Positions 26,649 to 36,745 of a DNA stretch of 64,000 nucleotides are shown in pieces. The position numbers and the translations under genes were made by a program. The notes under the pieces were generated by a model. It was not told where the DNA came from and did not search any database. It was given only the letters and a program-made list of their open reading frames with translations. Position 1 is the first letter of the stretch, and each line of letters starts with the position of its first letter. The stretch comes from Elusimicrobiales bacterium (GTDB taxonomy: Bacteria > Elusimicrobiota > Elusimicrobia > Elusimicrobiales > UBA9959), in NCBI GenBank assembly GCA_023701245.1, contig JAMPXK010000005.1, forward strand, positions 385 to 64,384. Direction: 5' to 3'.

Positions 26649-28007
26649 ATGACCATTAAGACCATTTTCCTGACCGCGCTGGCCCTGGCTTTCGCGCAGC
26701 CCGCGGCGGCCGCCAAGACCGACCGGCCCGCGGCCCCGGTTAAAACCTGCGAAGTGCGCAAGGTGGTGGTGGCGCCTTATTCGGGCGTGATCACGCCGGC
26801 CGCGGCGGAATTCATTTCCGGCGCGGTGGAAAAGGTCAACGCCCCGGGAGGCGCGGACCTGCTGGTGGTGGCGCTGGATACGCCCGGCGGGCTGGACTCG
26901 TCCATGCGGACGATAATAAAGGCCATGCTGGCTTCCAAAAAGCCGGTGGCGGTGTACGTGAGCCCGCAGGGCGCGCGCGCGGCTTCCGCCGGCGTGTTCA
27001 TCTCCATGGCGTCGCCGCTGGTGGCCATGGCGCCCGGCACCAACATAGGCGCCGCGCACCCGGTGATGATAGGCGGCGGCTCGCCCCTGGGCGGGCTGGG
27101 AGGCAAGGACGGGAAGAAGCCGGAGAAAGAACCCATGGAGGAGAAGGTCCTTAACGACGCTTCCGCCTACATGAAGTCCATAACCCAGAAGACGGGCCGC
27201 AACGTGGACTGGGCCATAAAATCCGTCACCAAGAGCGAATCCATTTCCGCCGAAGAGGCCGTGAAAGGCGGCGTAGCCGACTTCATAGCCGCGGACCTGA
27301 CGGAGTTCCTGGCCAAGGCCGACGGCTTCAAGGCCGGCGACTTCGGCGTGCTGCGCACGGGGGGCGCGGAGGTGGAGTACTTCCGCCAGACCAGCCGCCA
27401 GAAATTCCTGGCCACCATTACGGACCCCAACATAGCCATGATCCTGATGAGCCTGGGCGCGGCGGGCATGTTCATAGAGCTTTACAATCCCGGCCTGATC
27501 CTGCCCGGCGTGGTGGGCGCGGTGTCGTTGGTGCTGGCGTTCTATTCCTTCCAGACGCTGTCGGCCAATTTCGCCGGCGTGGCGCTGATCCTGCTGGGCT
27601 TCGTGTTCTTTATCGCCGAGATAAAGGTGATAAGCTACGGCCTGCTGACGCTGGGCGGCGCGGTGGCCATCATGCTGGGCGCGCTCATGCTGTTCAATAC
27701 CCCTTCCATAGGAGGACTTTCGGTGTCGATGCATATGATACTTACCACGATAATCGGTTTGGTGGCGGTGGTGGCGGGGCTGGCCTGGTTCGTGGCCCGC
27801 GCGCAGCTGCGCAAAGTGGTGACGGGCATAGAAAGCCTCAAGGACAAGCGCGGCCTGGCCAAGACGGCGCTGAGCCCCCGGGGCACGGTGCTGGTGGAGG
27901 GGGAACTCTGGGAGGCGGAAAGCGTCTCCGGCGACATCCCCGCCGGCGCCGAGGTGGACGTGACCGCGGTGGAAGGCTTCAGGGTGCGCGTGCGCCAGGC
28001 CAAATGA
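26649..28007 (+). CDS. NfeD-family membrane-bound ClpP-class serine protease
   Basis: Signal peptide, ClpP-like core (ALDTPGG...ARAASAGVFI), multi-TM middle, C-terminal NfeD OB-like domain. Confidence 0.85.
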   Translation: MTIKTIFLTALALAFAQPAAAAKTDRPAAPVKTCEVRKVVVAPYSGVITPAAAEFISGAVEKVNAPGGADLLVVALDTPGGLDSSMRTIIKAMLASKKPVAVYVSPQGARAASAGVFISMASPLVAMAPGTNIGAAHPVMIGGGSPLGGLGGKDGKKPEKEPMEEKVLNDASAYMKSITQKTGRNVDWAIKSVTKSESISAEEAVKGGVADFIAADLTEFLAKADGFKAGDFGVLRTGGAEVEYFRQTSRQKFLATITDPNIAMILMSLGAAGMFIELYNPGLILPGVVGAVSLVLAFYSFQTLSANFAGVALILLGFVFFIAEIKVISYGLLTLGGAVAIMLGALMLFNTPSIGGLSVSMHMILTTIIGLVAVVAGLAWFVARAQLRKVVTGIESLKDKRGLAKTALSPRGTVLVEGELWEAESVSGDIPAGAEVDVTAVEGFRVRVRQAK

Positions 28008-28210
28008 CGGACCGGCTGGCTGCCAACTGGCAGGCCGAGATCATAGCCGACTGCGCCCACCGGCTTGGGCGCAAGCTGACGCCCAAAGAAGAGAATTTCA
28101 TCCGTTCCTGCGGGGGCCTCCTGGCCCTGGAATCCGTGCACGACATGGTAAAAAGCCTCACCGGCCCCGCCCTGGAAAAATACCTCAATTCCCCGGTCTC
28201 TTCTGACTGA
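28004..28210 (+). CDS. hypothetical small protein (68 aa)
   Basis: ATGA start/stop overlap with the nfeD-like gene. No family recognised. Confidence 0.45.
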   Translation: MTDRLAANWQAEIIADCAHRLGRKLTPKEENFIRSCGGLLALESVHDMVKSLTGPALEKYLNSPVSSD

Positions 28211-28232
28211 GATCGTCTTCGACTCGGAGTCT

Positions 28233-28366
28233 CCAGACAGGCGGAGTATGGGTTTGGCGGGCCCTCACGGACTGAAGCCGCTTGCGCAGCGCGGCGAGGG
28301 AGTGAGGAGGGGCGGCCACGGTGTGGCCGACCCCGTGCCCGACTAACCCATACTCCGCCTGTCTGG
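28233..28366 (+). repeat. structured intergenic repeat, copy A (candidate ncRNA or REP-like element)
   Basis: 22-bp perfect closing stem (28233-28254 / 28345-28366), inner 5-bp helix CGGGC/GCCCG, and a 40-nt core (28302-28341) identical to 38131-38170. Confidence 0.6.
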
Positions 28367-28427
28367 CAGTTGGGCTACCCAAACGTATCTTCTGTAGCAA
28401 TTTAAATTATAATTTCATTCGTGGAAG

Positions 28428-28456
28428 TTGAAATACAACCCCCGCTATGTCATAAT
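28428..28456 (+). promoter_or_regulatory. sigma70-type promoter TTGAAA-N17-(TGt)CATAAT
   Basis: Read directly, 80 nt upstream of the clpC ATG. Confidence 0.6.
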
Positions 28457-28535
28457 ATATGTTCGGCGAGAAGCGCTTTCGCCGCCGTTTTTGTCTGTCT
28501 TTGAACGATTTGCGGCATACTACGGAGGAACTTAC

Positions 28536-31010
28536 ATGGGAACAAGATTTACCGACAGGGCGCAGCGGGTCATCCTCATAGCCCAGGAAGAAGCCAAACG
28601 CCTTAACCACGACTACGTAGGCACCGAGCATATCCTGCTCGGCCTCATCGCCCTCTCCGAGGGCGTAGCCAGCCAGGTGTTCCAGAACCTGGGCATAGAC
28701 CTGCGCAAAGTCCGCGCCGAGATAGAAAAGATAGTGGGCACCGGCGACAACATGATGCTGCTGGGCGAGATCCCCTTCACCCCGCGCGCCAAGAAAGTGC
28801 TGGAATACGCCGTAGAAGAAGCCCAGCACATGAGCCACTCCTACATAGGCACCGAGCACATCCTGCTCGGCCTCATCCGCGAAGAAGAAGGCGTGGCCGC
28901 CCGCGTGCTGGAGAACCTGGGCCTCAAGCTCGAGACCGTCCGCGAGGAAGTGCTCAACATCCTCGGCGAGATGGAACAGAAAGACTCCCCCAAGGAATCC
29001 CAGACCCCGCCCTCCAAGGGCCATTCCCACGCCGCCAAAGGCAAGACCAAGACCCCCATCCTCGACGAATTCGCGCGCGACATGACCCAGATGGCCAAGG
29101 AAGGCAAACTGGACCCCGTCATAGGCCGCGCCAACGAGATAGACCGCCTCATCCAGGTGCTCGGCCGCCGCACCAAGAACAACCCGGTGCTGGTAGGCGA
29201 GCCCGGCGTGGGTAAAACGGCCATCGTAGAAGGCCTCGCCCAGAAAATAGCCGCCGGCGAGATCTCCGACACCCTCATAGGCAAGCGCCTGCTCTCCCTG
29301 GACCTCGCGTCCATCGTGGCCGGCACCAAGTACCGCGGCGAGTTCGAACAGCGCCTCAAGGGCATCATAGAGGAGATCCGCAAGGCCAAGAACTCCATCA
29401 TCATGTTCATCGACGAGCTGCACACCGTCATAGGCGCCGGCGCCGCCGAGGGCGCCATAGACGCCTCCAACATGCTCAAGCCCGCGCTCGCGCGCGGCGA
29501 GCTGCAGTGCATAGGCGCCACCACCTTCGACGAGTACCGCAAGCACATAGAGCACGACCCCGCCCTGGAGCGCCGTTTCCAGCCGGTGGTGGTGGAGTCG
29601 CCCAGCGTGGAGGAGACCATAGAGATCCTCAAGGGCCTCCAGGACAAGTACGAGAGCCATCACAAGTGCAAATATTCCGACCCGGCCATTTTCGCCGCGG
29701 CGCAGCTGTCCGACAAGTACATCACCGACCGGGCGCTCCCCGACAAGGCCATAGACCTGCTGGACGAGGCCGGCTCCCGCGCCCGCCTGAAGCTCTCCGT
29801 GGCGCCGCCGGAGTTCAAGGAGAAGGAAGCCGAGATAGAAGAGGCCTCCAAGAACAAGAACGCCGCCATTTACGGCCAGGAGTACGAAAAGGCCGCCAAG
29901 CTGCGCGACCGCGAGAAGGAGCTGAAGAAGGCCCTGGAAGACGCCCGCAAGAAGTGGCGTGAAGGCCGCGACAAGGTTTTCCCGGAGGTCACCGAAGAGG
30001 ACATAGCGCAGATAGCCTCCAAGTGGACCGGCATCCCGGTCACCCGCATGACCGAGACCGAGACGCAGAAGCTGCAGCACATGGAAGCCGAGATCCACAA
30101 GCGCCTGATAGGCCAGGACGAGGCCGTGACCATAGTGAGCCAGGCCATCAAGCGCAGCCGCACCGGCATGAAAGACCCCAAGCGGCCCATCGGTAATTTC
30201 ATCTTCCTGGGCCCGACGGGCGTGGGTAAGACGGAGCTGGCGCGCGTGCTGGCGGACTTCCTGTTCGGCAACGAGGAAGCCATGGTGCGCATAGACATGA
30301 GCGAGTACATGGAGAAGTTCTCCGTGAGCCGCCTCATAGGCGCGCCTCCCGGCTACGTGGGCTACGAGGAAGGCGGCAAGCTTACCGAACTGGTGCGCCG
30401 CAAGCCCTACTCGGTGGTGGTGCTCGACGAGATAGAGAAGGCCCACCCCGACGTGTTCAATATCCTGCTGCAGATCATGGACGAGGGCGTGCTCTCCGAC
30501 AGCCTGGGCCACAAGGTCTCTTTCAAGAACTCCATCCTGATCATGACCTCCAACGTGGGCGCCCGCCTGATCAGCAAGGGCAAGACCCTGGGCTTCATGC
30601 CCACCGAGGACAAGGAAAAGGATTACAAGGAAATGAAGGACACGGTGATGGACGAGGTGAAGCGCGTCTTCAACCCGGAGTTCATCAACCGCATAGACGA
30701 GGTCATAGTGTTCCGCCCGCTCACCGAAGCGGACACCGAGAAGATCCTGGAACTGAGCCTCAAGAAGGTCACCAAGAAGCTCGACGACAAGGGCGTGAAG
30801 TTCGACATCACGCAGGCCGCCAAGACTTTCCTCGTCAAGAAAGGCTTCGACCCGAACTACGGCGCCCGCCCGCTTATCCGCACCGTGCAGAAGTACCTGG
30901 AAGACCCGATGGCGGAGTTCCTGCTCAACAGCACGATGAAGAAGGGCGACGTGCTGAAGGTGGACTACAAGGGCGAAGGCGACGCGCTGGACCTGAAAGT
31001 AAAAGCGTAA
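28536..31010 (+). CDS. clpC: ATP-dependent Clp protease ATP-binding subunit ClpC
   Basis: Double Clp_N repeats (VGTEHILLGL twice), two AAA+ modules (GEPGVGKT, GPTGVGKT), UVR-like linker. GGAGG RBS before ATG 28536. Confidence 0.95.
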   Translation: MGTRFTDRAQRVILIAQEEAKRLNHDYVGTEHILLGLIALSEGVASQVFQNLGIDLRKVRAEIEKIVGTGDNMMLLGEIPFTPRAKKVLEYAVEEAQHMSHSYIGTEHILLGLIREEEGVAARVLENLGLKLETVREEVLNILGEMEQKDSPKESQTPPSKGHSHAAKGKTKTPILDEFARDMTQMAKEGKLDPVIGRANEIDRLIQVLGRRTKNNPVLVGEPGVGKTAIVEGLAQKIAAGEISDTLIGKRLLSLDLASIVAGTKYRGEFEQRLKGIIEEIRKAKNSIIMFIDELHTVIGAGAAEGAIDASNMLKPALARGELQCIGATTFDEYRKHIEHDPALERRFQPVVVESPSVEETIEILKGLQDKYESHHKCKYSDPAIFAAAQLSDKYITDRALPDKAIDLLDEAGSRARLKLSVAPPEFKEKEAEIEEASKNKNAAIYGQEYEKAAKLRDREKELKKALEDARKKWREGRDKVFPEVTEEDIAQIASKWTGIPVTRMTETETQKLQHMEAEIHKRLIGQDEAVTIVSQAIKRSRTGMKDPKRPIGNFIFLGPTGVGKTELARVLADFLFGNEEAMVRIDMSEYMEKFSVSRLIGAPPGYVGYEEGGKLTELVRRKPYSVVVLDEIEKAHPDVFNILLQIMDEGVLSDSLGHKVSFKNSILIMTSNVGARLISKGKTLGFMPTEDKEKDYKEMKDTVMDEVKRVFNPEFINRIDEVIVFRPLTEADTEKILELSLKKVTKKLDDKGVKFDITQAAKTFLVKKGFDPNYGARPLIRTVQKYLEDPMAEFLLNSTMKKGDVLKVDYKGEGDALDLKVKA

Positions 31011-31050
31011 GCCGCCCGGGCCCCGCGGCCCTTACCCACGGAGTCACAGC

Positions 31051-32088
31051 TTGTATCAGCATCACCGTCATTATAGCGTCCCCGCGTCGCCGGCTAAAAA
31101 GCCGGCGGGCGGCGGCGCGTCCGGGCTGTTCTGGAAATTCTTCATGGCCCTGCTGCTGGTGGGCGGCGGTTTCTGGCTCTACTACGAGGGCGCCAGGCTG
31201 AAGTTCCTGTTCGCGCCCACCATAGAGGACGTGAAGACGGTGGAGTCGCCCATCCGGGAAGAGGAATGGAACGTGATGGTGCAGGAGCTCGGCGAGGTGT
31301 CCGCGTCCTACCGCGGCCGCGTGGGCATCTACCTCAAGGACCTCCACACCGGCAAGACCTGGGAGTACAACGCGGACAAGCCTTTCCCGTCGGCCAGCCT
31401 GATCAAGGTGCCCATCATGGCCGCGGTGTTCGAGAAGATCCGGCTGGGCGCCATAACGCTGGACACGCAGATAACCCTTACCCGGCGCGGCCGGGTGGGC
31501 GGTTCCGGTTCTTTGAAATGGGTGCGCGAAGGCACGTCGCTGTCGGTCATGGAGATCATCTACAAGATGATCACGGAGAGCGACAATACCGCCACCAAGA
31601 TGCTCATAGACCACTTCGGGATGGACTACCTGGCGGCCGCCTTCGAGCGGCTGGGGCTGGAACAGACCAATATCACCCCGGAGGGCATGAGCCTGACCTC
31701 CAACCGCGTGGCGCGCGAGAACCTTACCACCGCCCGCGAGATGGGCGGCCTGATGGAGCGCATTTACGAGGGCGACCTGGTGAACCGCGAGGCCAGCGAG
31801 TTCATGCTGGACGTGCTAAAGCACACCAAGAGCCGCAGCCGCCTGCGCAAAGGCCTGCCGCTGGGCTGGGAGATAGGCCACAAGACGGGCCTCCTGCGCA
31901 AGTCCTGCCACGACGTGGGCATAGTGTTCTCGCCGCGCGGGGACTTCGTGATAGCGGTGCTGACCTCCAACGTGCCGGACTACACCAGCGCCAAGAATTT
32001 CATAGCCAAGGTGGCCAGGCTGACGTATAAGTACTACAAGATAGACTCCGACTACGCCGGCGGCGCGGCGGCGGGCAGGGCCGGATGA
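31051..32088 (+). CDS. class A beta-lactamase-related serine hydrolase, membrane anchored
   Basis: SASLIK (SxxK), SDN and KTG motifs, with an N-terminal TM. The TTG start is uncertain. Confidence 0.75.
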   Translation: MYQHHRHYSVPASPAKKPAGGGASGLFWKFFMALLLVGGGFWLYYEGARLKFLFAPTIEDVKTVESPIREEEWNVMVQELGEVSASYRGRVGIYLKDLHTGKTWEYNADKPFPSASLIKVPIMAAVFEKIRLGAITLDTQITLTRRGRVGGSGSLKWVREGTSLSVMEIIYKMITESDNTATKMLIDHFGMDYLAAAFERLGLEQTNITPEGMSLTSNRVARENLTTAREMGGLMERIYEGDLVNREASEFMLDVLKHTKSRSRLRKGLPLGWEIGHKTGLLRKSCHDVGIVFSPRGDFVIAVLTSNVPDYTSAKNFIAKVARLTYKYYKIDSDYAGGAAAGRAG

Positions 32089-32438
32089 AGCGCCCCGCCG
32101 GCCCGCAGCGGCCCTCGCGCAAGTTCACGCGCCTGGTGCTGCTGCTGCGGCTGGCCTGGCTGGTGCCGGTAACGCTGCTGGGGCTGCATTACTTCCTTAC
32201 CAACCTGCACCTGCTGGCCCGCGAGATGTACCTGCATCATGACAGCTGGACGGCGCTGGCGGGGCCGTTGACCAGGGCGGGCGCGGGGGGCGCGCTGCTG
32301 TACTTCACCTGGAAGATCTGGCGCAAGACCTGGCTGATACTGACCGACAAACTGTACCCCGAAAAGTCCGCGCTGGCCTGGCAGGCGGTCTGGCTGGCGC
32401 TGCTAATCTTACTGCCGTACTGGATATACCGTGGATAA
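32085..32438 (+). CDS. hypothetical membrane protein
   Basis: Three hydrophobic segments. ATGA overlap with the upstream gene. Confidence 0.5.
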   Translation: MKRPAGPQRPSRKFTRLVLLLRLAWLVPVTLLGLHYFLTNLHLLAREMYLHHDSWTALAGPLTRAGAGGALLYFTWKIWRKTWLILTDKLYPEKSALAWQAVWLALLILLPYWIYRG

Positions 32439-34257
32439 TAAAAAACTCGAACTGCTGGCCCCGGCCAGGGACCTTCGCACCGGGATGGACGCCATAGACT
32501 GCGGCGCCGACGCCGTCTACATAGGCGCGGAGCGCTTCAGCGCGCGCGTGTCCGCCGGCAACACGCTGCAGGACATAGAGAAGCTGGCCAAGTACGCCCA
32601 CCGCTACGGCGCCAAAGCCTACATCGCCGTCAACACCATCCTTTCCGACGAGGAGCTGACCTGGGCGCAGAAACTTATCCACCAGCTCTGGAACCTGGGG
32701 GCCGACGCGGCCATAGTGCAGGACATGGGCCTGCTGGAGACCGGCCTGCCGCCCATCCCGCTGATAGCCAGCACGCAGGCGCACAACACCACCCCGGAGA
32801 AAGTGCTGTTCCTGGAAAAAGCCGGGTTCAAACGGGTGATACTGGCCCGCGAGCTGACCCTGGAGGAGATCAAGGGCATCCGCGCCAAGACCTCCGTGGA
32901 ACTGGAAGCTTTCGTGCACGGCGCGCTGTGCGTGTGCTACAGCGGCAACTGCTACCTGTCCTACGCGCTGGGCGGCCGCAGCGGCAACCGCGGCGAATGC
33001 GCCCAGCCCTGCCGCAAGCTCTACACGCTCAAGGACGCCGCCGGCGAGGTTATAGCCGCCAACAAGCACCTGCTTTCGCTCAAGGACCTCAACCTGTCGC
33101 GGCGGCTGGCGCACCTGGCCGCGGCCGGCGTCACCTCTTTCAAGATAGAAGGCCGGCTGAAGGACCGGGACTACGTGCGCAACGTGGTGGCCGCTTACCG
33201 CCGGGAGCTGGACAAGCTCATAGAGAAGCAGGGCCTGGCGCGCGCCTCTATCGGCAAAAGTTTCACGGGGTTCCAGCCGGACCTCAACAAGACCTTTAAC
33301 CGCGGCTATACCGACTATTTCCTGGACGGCAACCCCGTGGCGGTGGCCTCGCCGGATACCCCCAAGTTCGTGGGCGAGGCCCTGGGGCCCGCCACCGAGG
33401 TGAAGAACGGCTCTTTCCGCCTGCGCGAGGCGGCCAAACTGCACCCCGGCGACGGCATTTCCTATTTCGACAGGACCGGCGTGCTGGCCGGGTCGCTGGT
33501 GAACGGGGTGACGGACGGCCGCGTGCGGGCCGATAACCTCAAAGGCATGGACAACGGCACGCAGATCTACCGCAACCTGGACCGCGAGTTCCTCAAAGCC
33601 ATAGAGCGCGGCTCGGTCCCGCGCCGTTTCGCCCTGACCCTGGAATTCTCCGAATATTCCGGCGGCTTCCTGCTGAAAGCCTCCGACGAGCGGGGCGCGG
33701 CGGCCGAAGTGAAGCTGCGCGGCGTGAAGGCGGCGGCGCAGAAGCCCGAAGCCGCCATGGACACCATCCGCAAGCAGCTTTCCAAACTGGGTGAGACGGA
33801 TTTTTACCTGGCCGGCCTGGAGCTGAAGCTGTCCAAGCCGTATTTCATCCCCGTGGGCGCCCTGAACGACCTGCGCCGCGACGTGCTGGCCGCCCTGGAG
33901 CACACCGTGCCCGCGCCGGCCCCGCGGCCGGAAGCGCCCCTGGTCCCCAACGACTACCCGTACCCGGAGACCAGCCTTGAATTCAGCGCCAACGTGCTTA
34001 ACGCCAAGGCCGCGCGCTTTTACCGCCGCCACGGGGTGAAGGAAATAGCGATGGCCGCCGAAGGCGGGGCCGACCTGGGCGACAAGCCGCTGATGACCAC
34101 CAAGTTCTGCCTGCGCCGCCAGCTGGGGCTCTGCAAGAAAGGCAAGAGCGTGGAACCGCTGTTCCTGGAAGACGGCGAAGGCCGCCGCTTCCGCCTGGAG
34201 TTCGACTGCGCGCGCTGCGTGATGAAACTCTACTTCGCGTCCAAGGCGGCCGAGTGA
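32431..34257 (+). CDS. peptidase U32 family protein
   Basis: LELLAPA..AIDCGADAVYIG...EAFVHGALCVCYSGNCYLS is the typical U32 signature. Confidence 0.85.
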   Translation: MDNKKLELLAPARDLRTGMDAIDCGADAVYIGAERFSARVSAGNTLQDIEKLAKYAHRYGAKAYIAVNTILSDEELTWAQKLIHQLWNLGADAAIVQDMGLLETGLPPIPLIASTQAHNTTPEKVLFLEKAGFKRVILARELTLEEIKGIRAKTSVELEAFVHGALCVCYSGNCYLSYALGGRSGNRGECAQPCRKLYTLKDAAGEVIAANKHLLSLKDLNLSRRLAHLAAAGVTSFKIEGRLKDRDYVRNVVAAYRRELDKLIEKQGLARASIGKSFTGFQPDLNKTFNRGYTDYFLDGNPVAVASPDTPKFVGEALGPATEVKNGSFRLREAAKLHPGDGISYFDRTGVLAGSLVNGVTDGRVRADNLKGMDNGTQIYRNLDREFLKAIERGSVPRRFALTLEFSEYSGGFLLKASDERGAAAEVKLRGVKAAAQKPEAAMDTIRKQLSKLGETDFYLAGLELKLSKPYFIPVGALNDLRRDVLAALEHTVPAPAPRPEAPLVPNDYPYPETSLEFSANVLNAKAARFYRRHGVKEIAMAAEGGADLGDKPLMTTKFCLRRQLGLCKKGKSVEPLFLEDGEGRRFRLEFDCARCVMKLYFASKAAE

Positions 34258-35237
34258 GGAAATTCCTGGCTTTGGCCCTGCTGGCCGGGGCCTGCGGCTG
34301 CGGTAAAACCCCGGACCTGCCGGCCATGGCCCGCCTGGAGACTTACGCTTTCTCGCCGGCTTCTTCGCTGGAGTCCAGGATGACGGCGGTCCCCGCCGAA
34401 GTGCTGGAGTACTTCAGCGCTGAGGACAAGCGGCCGGATTACGCCTCCTACCTGCCGACCCCGGAAGAGAAACAGCTGCTGCTGGATTACCTGCGCCTGC
34501 TGCCGCCCGTTTACGAAAAAGTTTTCAAGGCGCGCTGCGTGGGCATCTATTTTATTTCCGGTTTCACGGGCAACGGGGTTACCAACTGGGTGATAGGACC
34601 CGGGGATAAAGTTTACTTTTACCTGGCCCTGAACCCGGCCGCTTTCAAGCAGGACCTGTCGCAAACGCTGACGGAACGCGAACGCAGCTGCTTTAAGCCC
34701 AAGCCGGGGTGGGAGGTGGCGGTGGCCGCCGGCGGCAAGTACAAGGGCCTCCTTTACGCGCTGGCGCACGAGGCCGCCCACGGGCTGGATTACGCGGCGG
34801 GCGTGTCGCCTTACACCGACGACACCATGCCGGAACGCTACCGGCCCGCCAAATGCCTGACGGGCAATTTCTTCCCGGGGGTCTGGCAAGGCTACCGCCA
34901 GCCCCTGCCCGCGGCGGATTTTCCGCTGCGCGACCAAATAACTTTCTACGGCCTGGGCGGCGGGCCCCGGCTGGAGCTGTACCAGGCGCCGGGGCTTTAC
35001 ATGGCCCTTGCCAAGTCCCAGTTCGCCTCGCTTTACGGGGCGCGCAGCTGGGCCGAAGACCTGGCCGAACTGGAAACCTTCCACACCCTGACCGCCGTCC
35101 TGGGCCAGCAGCCCAGGATAACCCTTAAGGGGCCCGACGGCGTCCGGTATACCATCCGCCCCATGGACGGCCCTGCCGCCGCCCGCGCGGCGGTGCTGCG
35201 GCAGCTGCTGCAAAAAGTCCCTCTTTCCGCTTTCTAA
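34254..35237 (+). CDS. lipoprotein with HExxH motif (putative metallopeptidase)
   Basis: Lipobox LLAGAC and LAHEAAHGLDY. Confidence 0.55.
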   Translation: MRKFLALALLAGACGCGKTPDLPAMARLETYAFSPASSLESRMTAVPAEVLEYFSAEDKRPDYASYLPTPEEKQLLLDYLRLLPPVYEKVFKARCVGIYFISGFTGNGVTNWVIGPGDKVYFYLALNPAAFKQDLSQTLTERERSCFKPKPGWEVAVAAGGKYKGLLYALAHEAAHGLDYAAGVSPYTDDTMPERYRPAKCLTGNFFPGVWQGYRQPLPAADFPLRDQITFYGLGGGPRLELYQAPGLYMALAKSQFASLYGARSWAEDLAELETFHTLTAVLGQQPRITLKGPDGVRYTIRPMDGPAAARAAVLRQLLQKVPLSAF

Positions 35238-35311
35238 ATTGTAACTGCCTGCCCCTTGCGCGCGCCCCGTGCGCACACTATACTATTGGTACGGCTCCCG
35301 GGCCGCTGCTT

Positions 35312-36163
35312 ATGAGGAACCTGTTATCTATATTTTTCGCGCTGAGCGTACTGGCCTCACCGGCCGCCGCGCAGGATAGGCGCGACGAGCTGGCTTCCGC
35401 CCTGGATTCCGGGCAGTTCCCCGGGCTGGTCCTGTTCCTGGATCTGGCCGGCGGGCGCCGCGGGGCCGCCGCGGCCGACTTCGCCCTTGCCTCTCCGGAC
35501 AACAGCGAGGAACGGGCCGCCGAACTGCGGGACTTCGACAGGCTGCTGCGGGGCGGAAAGTACGATAAGACGGGGGAACATATACGCCGGGAACTGGCCA
35601 AGCTGCCGGGCGCGCAGTGGCGCTTCGTGATAAAACTGGAGCGCGAGCGCCGCGCACTTTACAAGCGGCTGGGCTGGGGCCCCGGGGGCAATATTTACCA
35701 GGGCGCCTGCGGCTGGGCGCTCAACATGGAGCCGCGGCGCTGCTACGAACGCCGCGAGAACCTTACCAAGACCATGGCGCCGCTGCAGGCGCAAAGCGCT
35801 TTCAGCGCCTGGCGGACCGAGGACCTGGTGGCCAACATGATCACGGTCAGCGACAGCCGCGGCCTGCGCGACGAACTTTACGGCGGGGTGCACGAGGCGC
35901 CCTGCTTTGTCTACACCGCGGGGGGGACGCGGGTGGAGCTGGTGGCCGACGCCTGGGCCAACTCCCTTACGCCGGCCTATACCTGGTGGTACCAGTTCGA
36001 CAAGGCCACCCACGATTATATGTACAAGGCCGGCGGCTCCGACTGGTGCAGCCAGCAGAGCCAGAGGAACGCCGAACAGGCGCAGAAGCAGGCGCGCCAC
36101 GCTCCGGCAGCGCCTCCCAAAAGTTCCACGCTGGAATCCGTGCTGGGGGCGTCCCCTTTCTGA
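35312..36163 (+). CDS. secreted hypothetical protein
   Basis: Signal peptide MRNLLSIFFALSVLASPAAA. No family recognised. Confidence 0.55.
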   Translation: MRNLLSIFFALSVLASPAAAQDRRDELASALDSGQFPGLVLFLDLAGGRRGAAAADFALASPDNSEERAAELRDFDRLLRGGKYDKTGEHIRRELAKLPGAQWRFVIKLERERRALYKRLGWGPGGNIYQGACGWALNMEPRRCYERRENLTKTMAPLQAQSAFSAWRTEDLVANMITVSDSRGLRDELYGGVHEAPCFVYTAGGTRVELVADAWANSLTPAYTWWYQFDKATHDYMYKAGGSDWCSQQSQRNAEQAQKQARHAPAAPPKSSTLESVLGASPF

Positions 36164-36223
36164 ACTTCTCCCGCGGCGGGGCGGTCATTTACGGCCGTCA
36201 CGCTTAATTTATAACATTGAAGC

Positions 36224-36745
36224 ATGACACTGCGCTGCGAACTGAACATCAACGGCGGGTGCCGGCGCGTGCTGATAATGGCCGGCGAAGAAGAGACGCT
36301 GGAGCACGTGGCCCTGCGCCTTACCGCCGCCATCCTGTTCTTCGACGGGGAACCCGTGGAGCCGGGCCCTTCTGACCCGGCCCTGGCCGACATAGGTTTT
36401 GTTCCGGACCTGATGGTGCCCGACGGCGCCGGCGGGGTGGGCGTGTGGGTGGAATGCGGCAACGTGGCCATGAACAAGCTCACCAAGGTGGCCAGGCGCA
36501 TAAAAGAAGGCCGCCTGGTGATCCTCAAAGAGGACGAGCCGGCCGGCAGCCGCCTGCGCGAAGTGGTGAAGGCCGAGATCAACAAGAGCGAGCGCATAGA
36601 GATCCTGGCCTGGCCCCGGAAGGATTTCGCCGCCTGGAAGGCCGCGCTGAAAGAAAGCAATTATGTTTACGGGGAAGCTTCGGGCCACTCGCTCAACCTG
36701 GTGCTGAACGAAGCCGCCTTTTCCGTGCAGCTGACCGCCTGCTGA
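36224..36745 (+). CDS. hypothetical protein, possibly YaeQ-like (PD-(D/E)xK fold)
   Basis: Layout resembles YaeQ: EHVALRLTAAILFFD...PDL...VWVECG....KLTKVARR. Weak, from memory only. Confidence 0.45.
   Translation: MTLRCELNINGGCRRVLIMAGEEETLEHVALRLTAAILFFDGEPVEPGPSDPALADIGFVPDLMVPDGAGGVGVWVECGNVAMNKLTKVARRIKEGRLVILKEDEPAGSRLREVVKAEINKSERIEILAWPRKDFAAWKAALKESNYVYGEASGHSLNLVLNEAAFSVQLTAC

Noticed and set aside
28233-28366. Structured element as a clpC-specific leader, riboswitch or CtsR/heat-shock operator
   Set aside because: A second copy lies in an unrelated context (38046-38188) in the opposite orientation relative to its neighbouring genes. The clpC promoter (28428-28456) lies downstream of the element. 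I saw no CtsR or CIRCE consensus.
28407-30512. 701-aa minus-strand ORF, and similar long antisense ORFs (12112-13500, 13573-14703, 15900-17168, 20810-21892, 22150-23478, 32305-34032, 38150-39241, 40586-41707, 43686-45143, 47492-48670, 49393-50478, 50488-52269, 53036-53815, 54161-55300, 55897-58149, 61951-63060)
   Set aside because: Each is the mirror of a gene with clear family motifs on the other strand (clpC, SulP, cls, htrA, ALT, U32, chaN, recA and others). They are stop-poor because of high GC and codon bias, not real genes.
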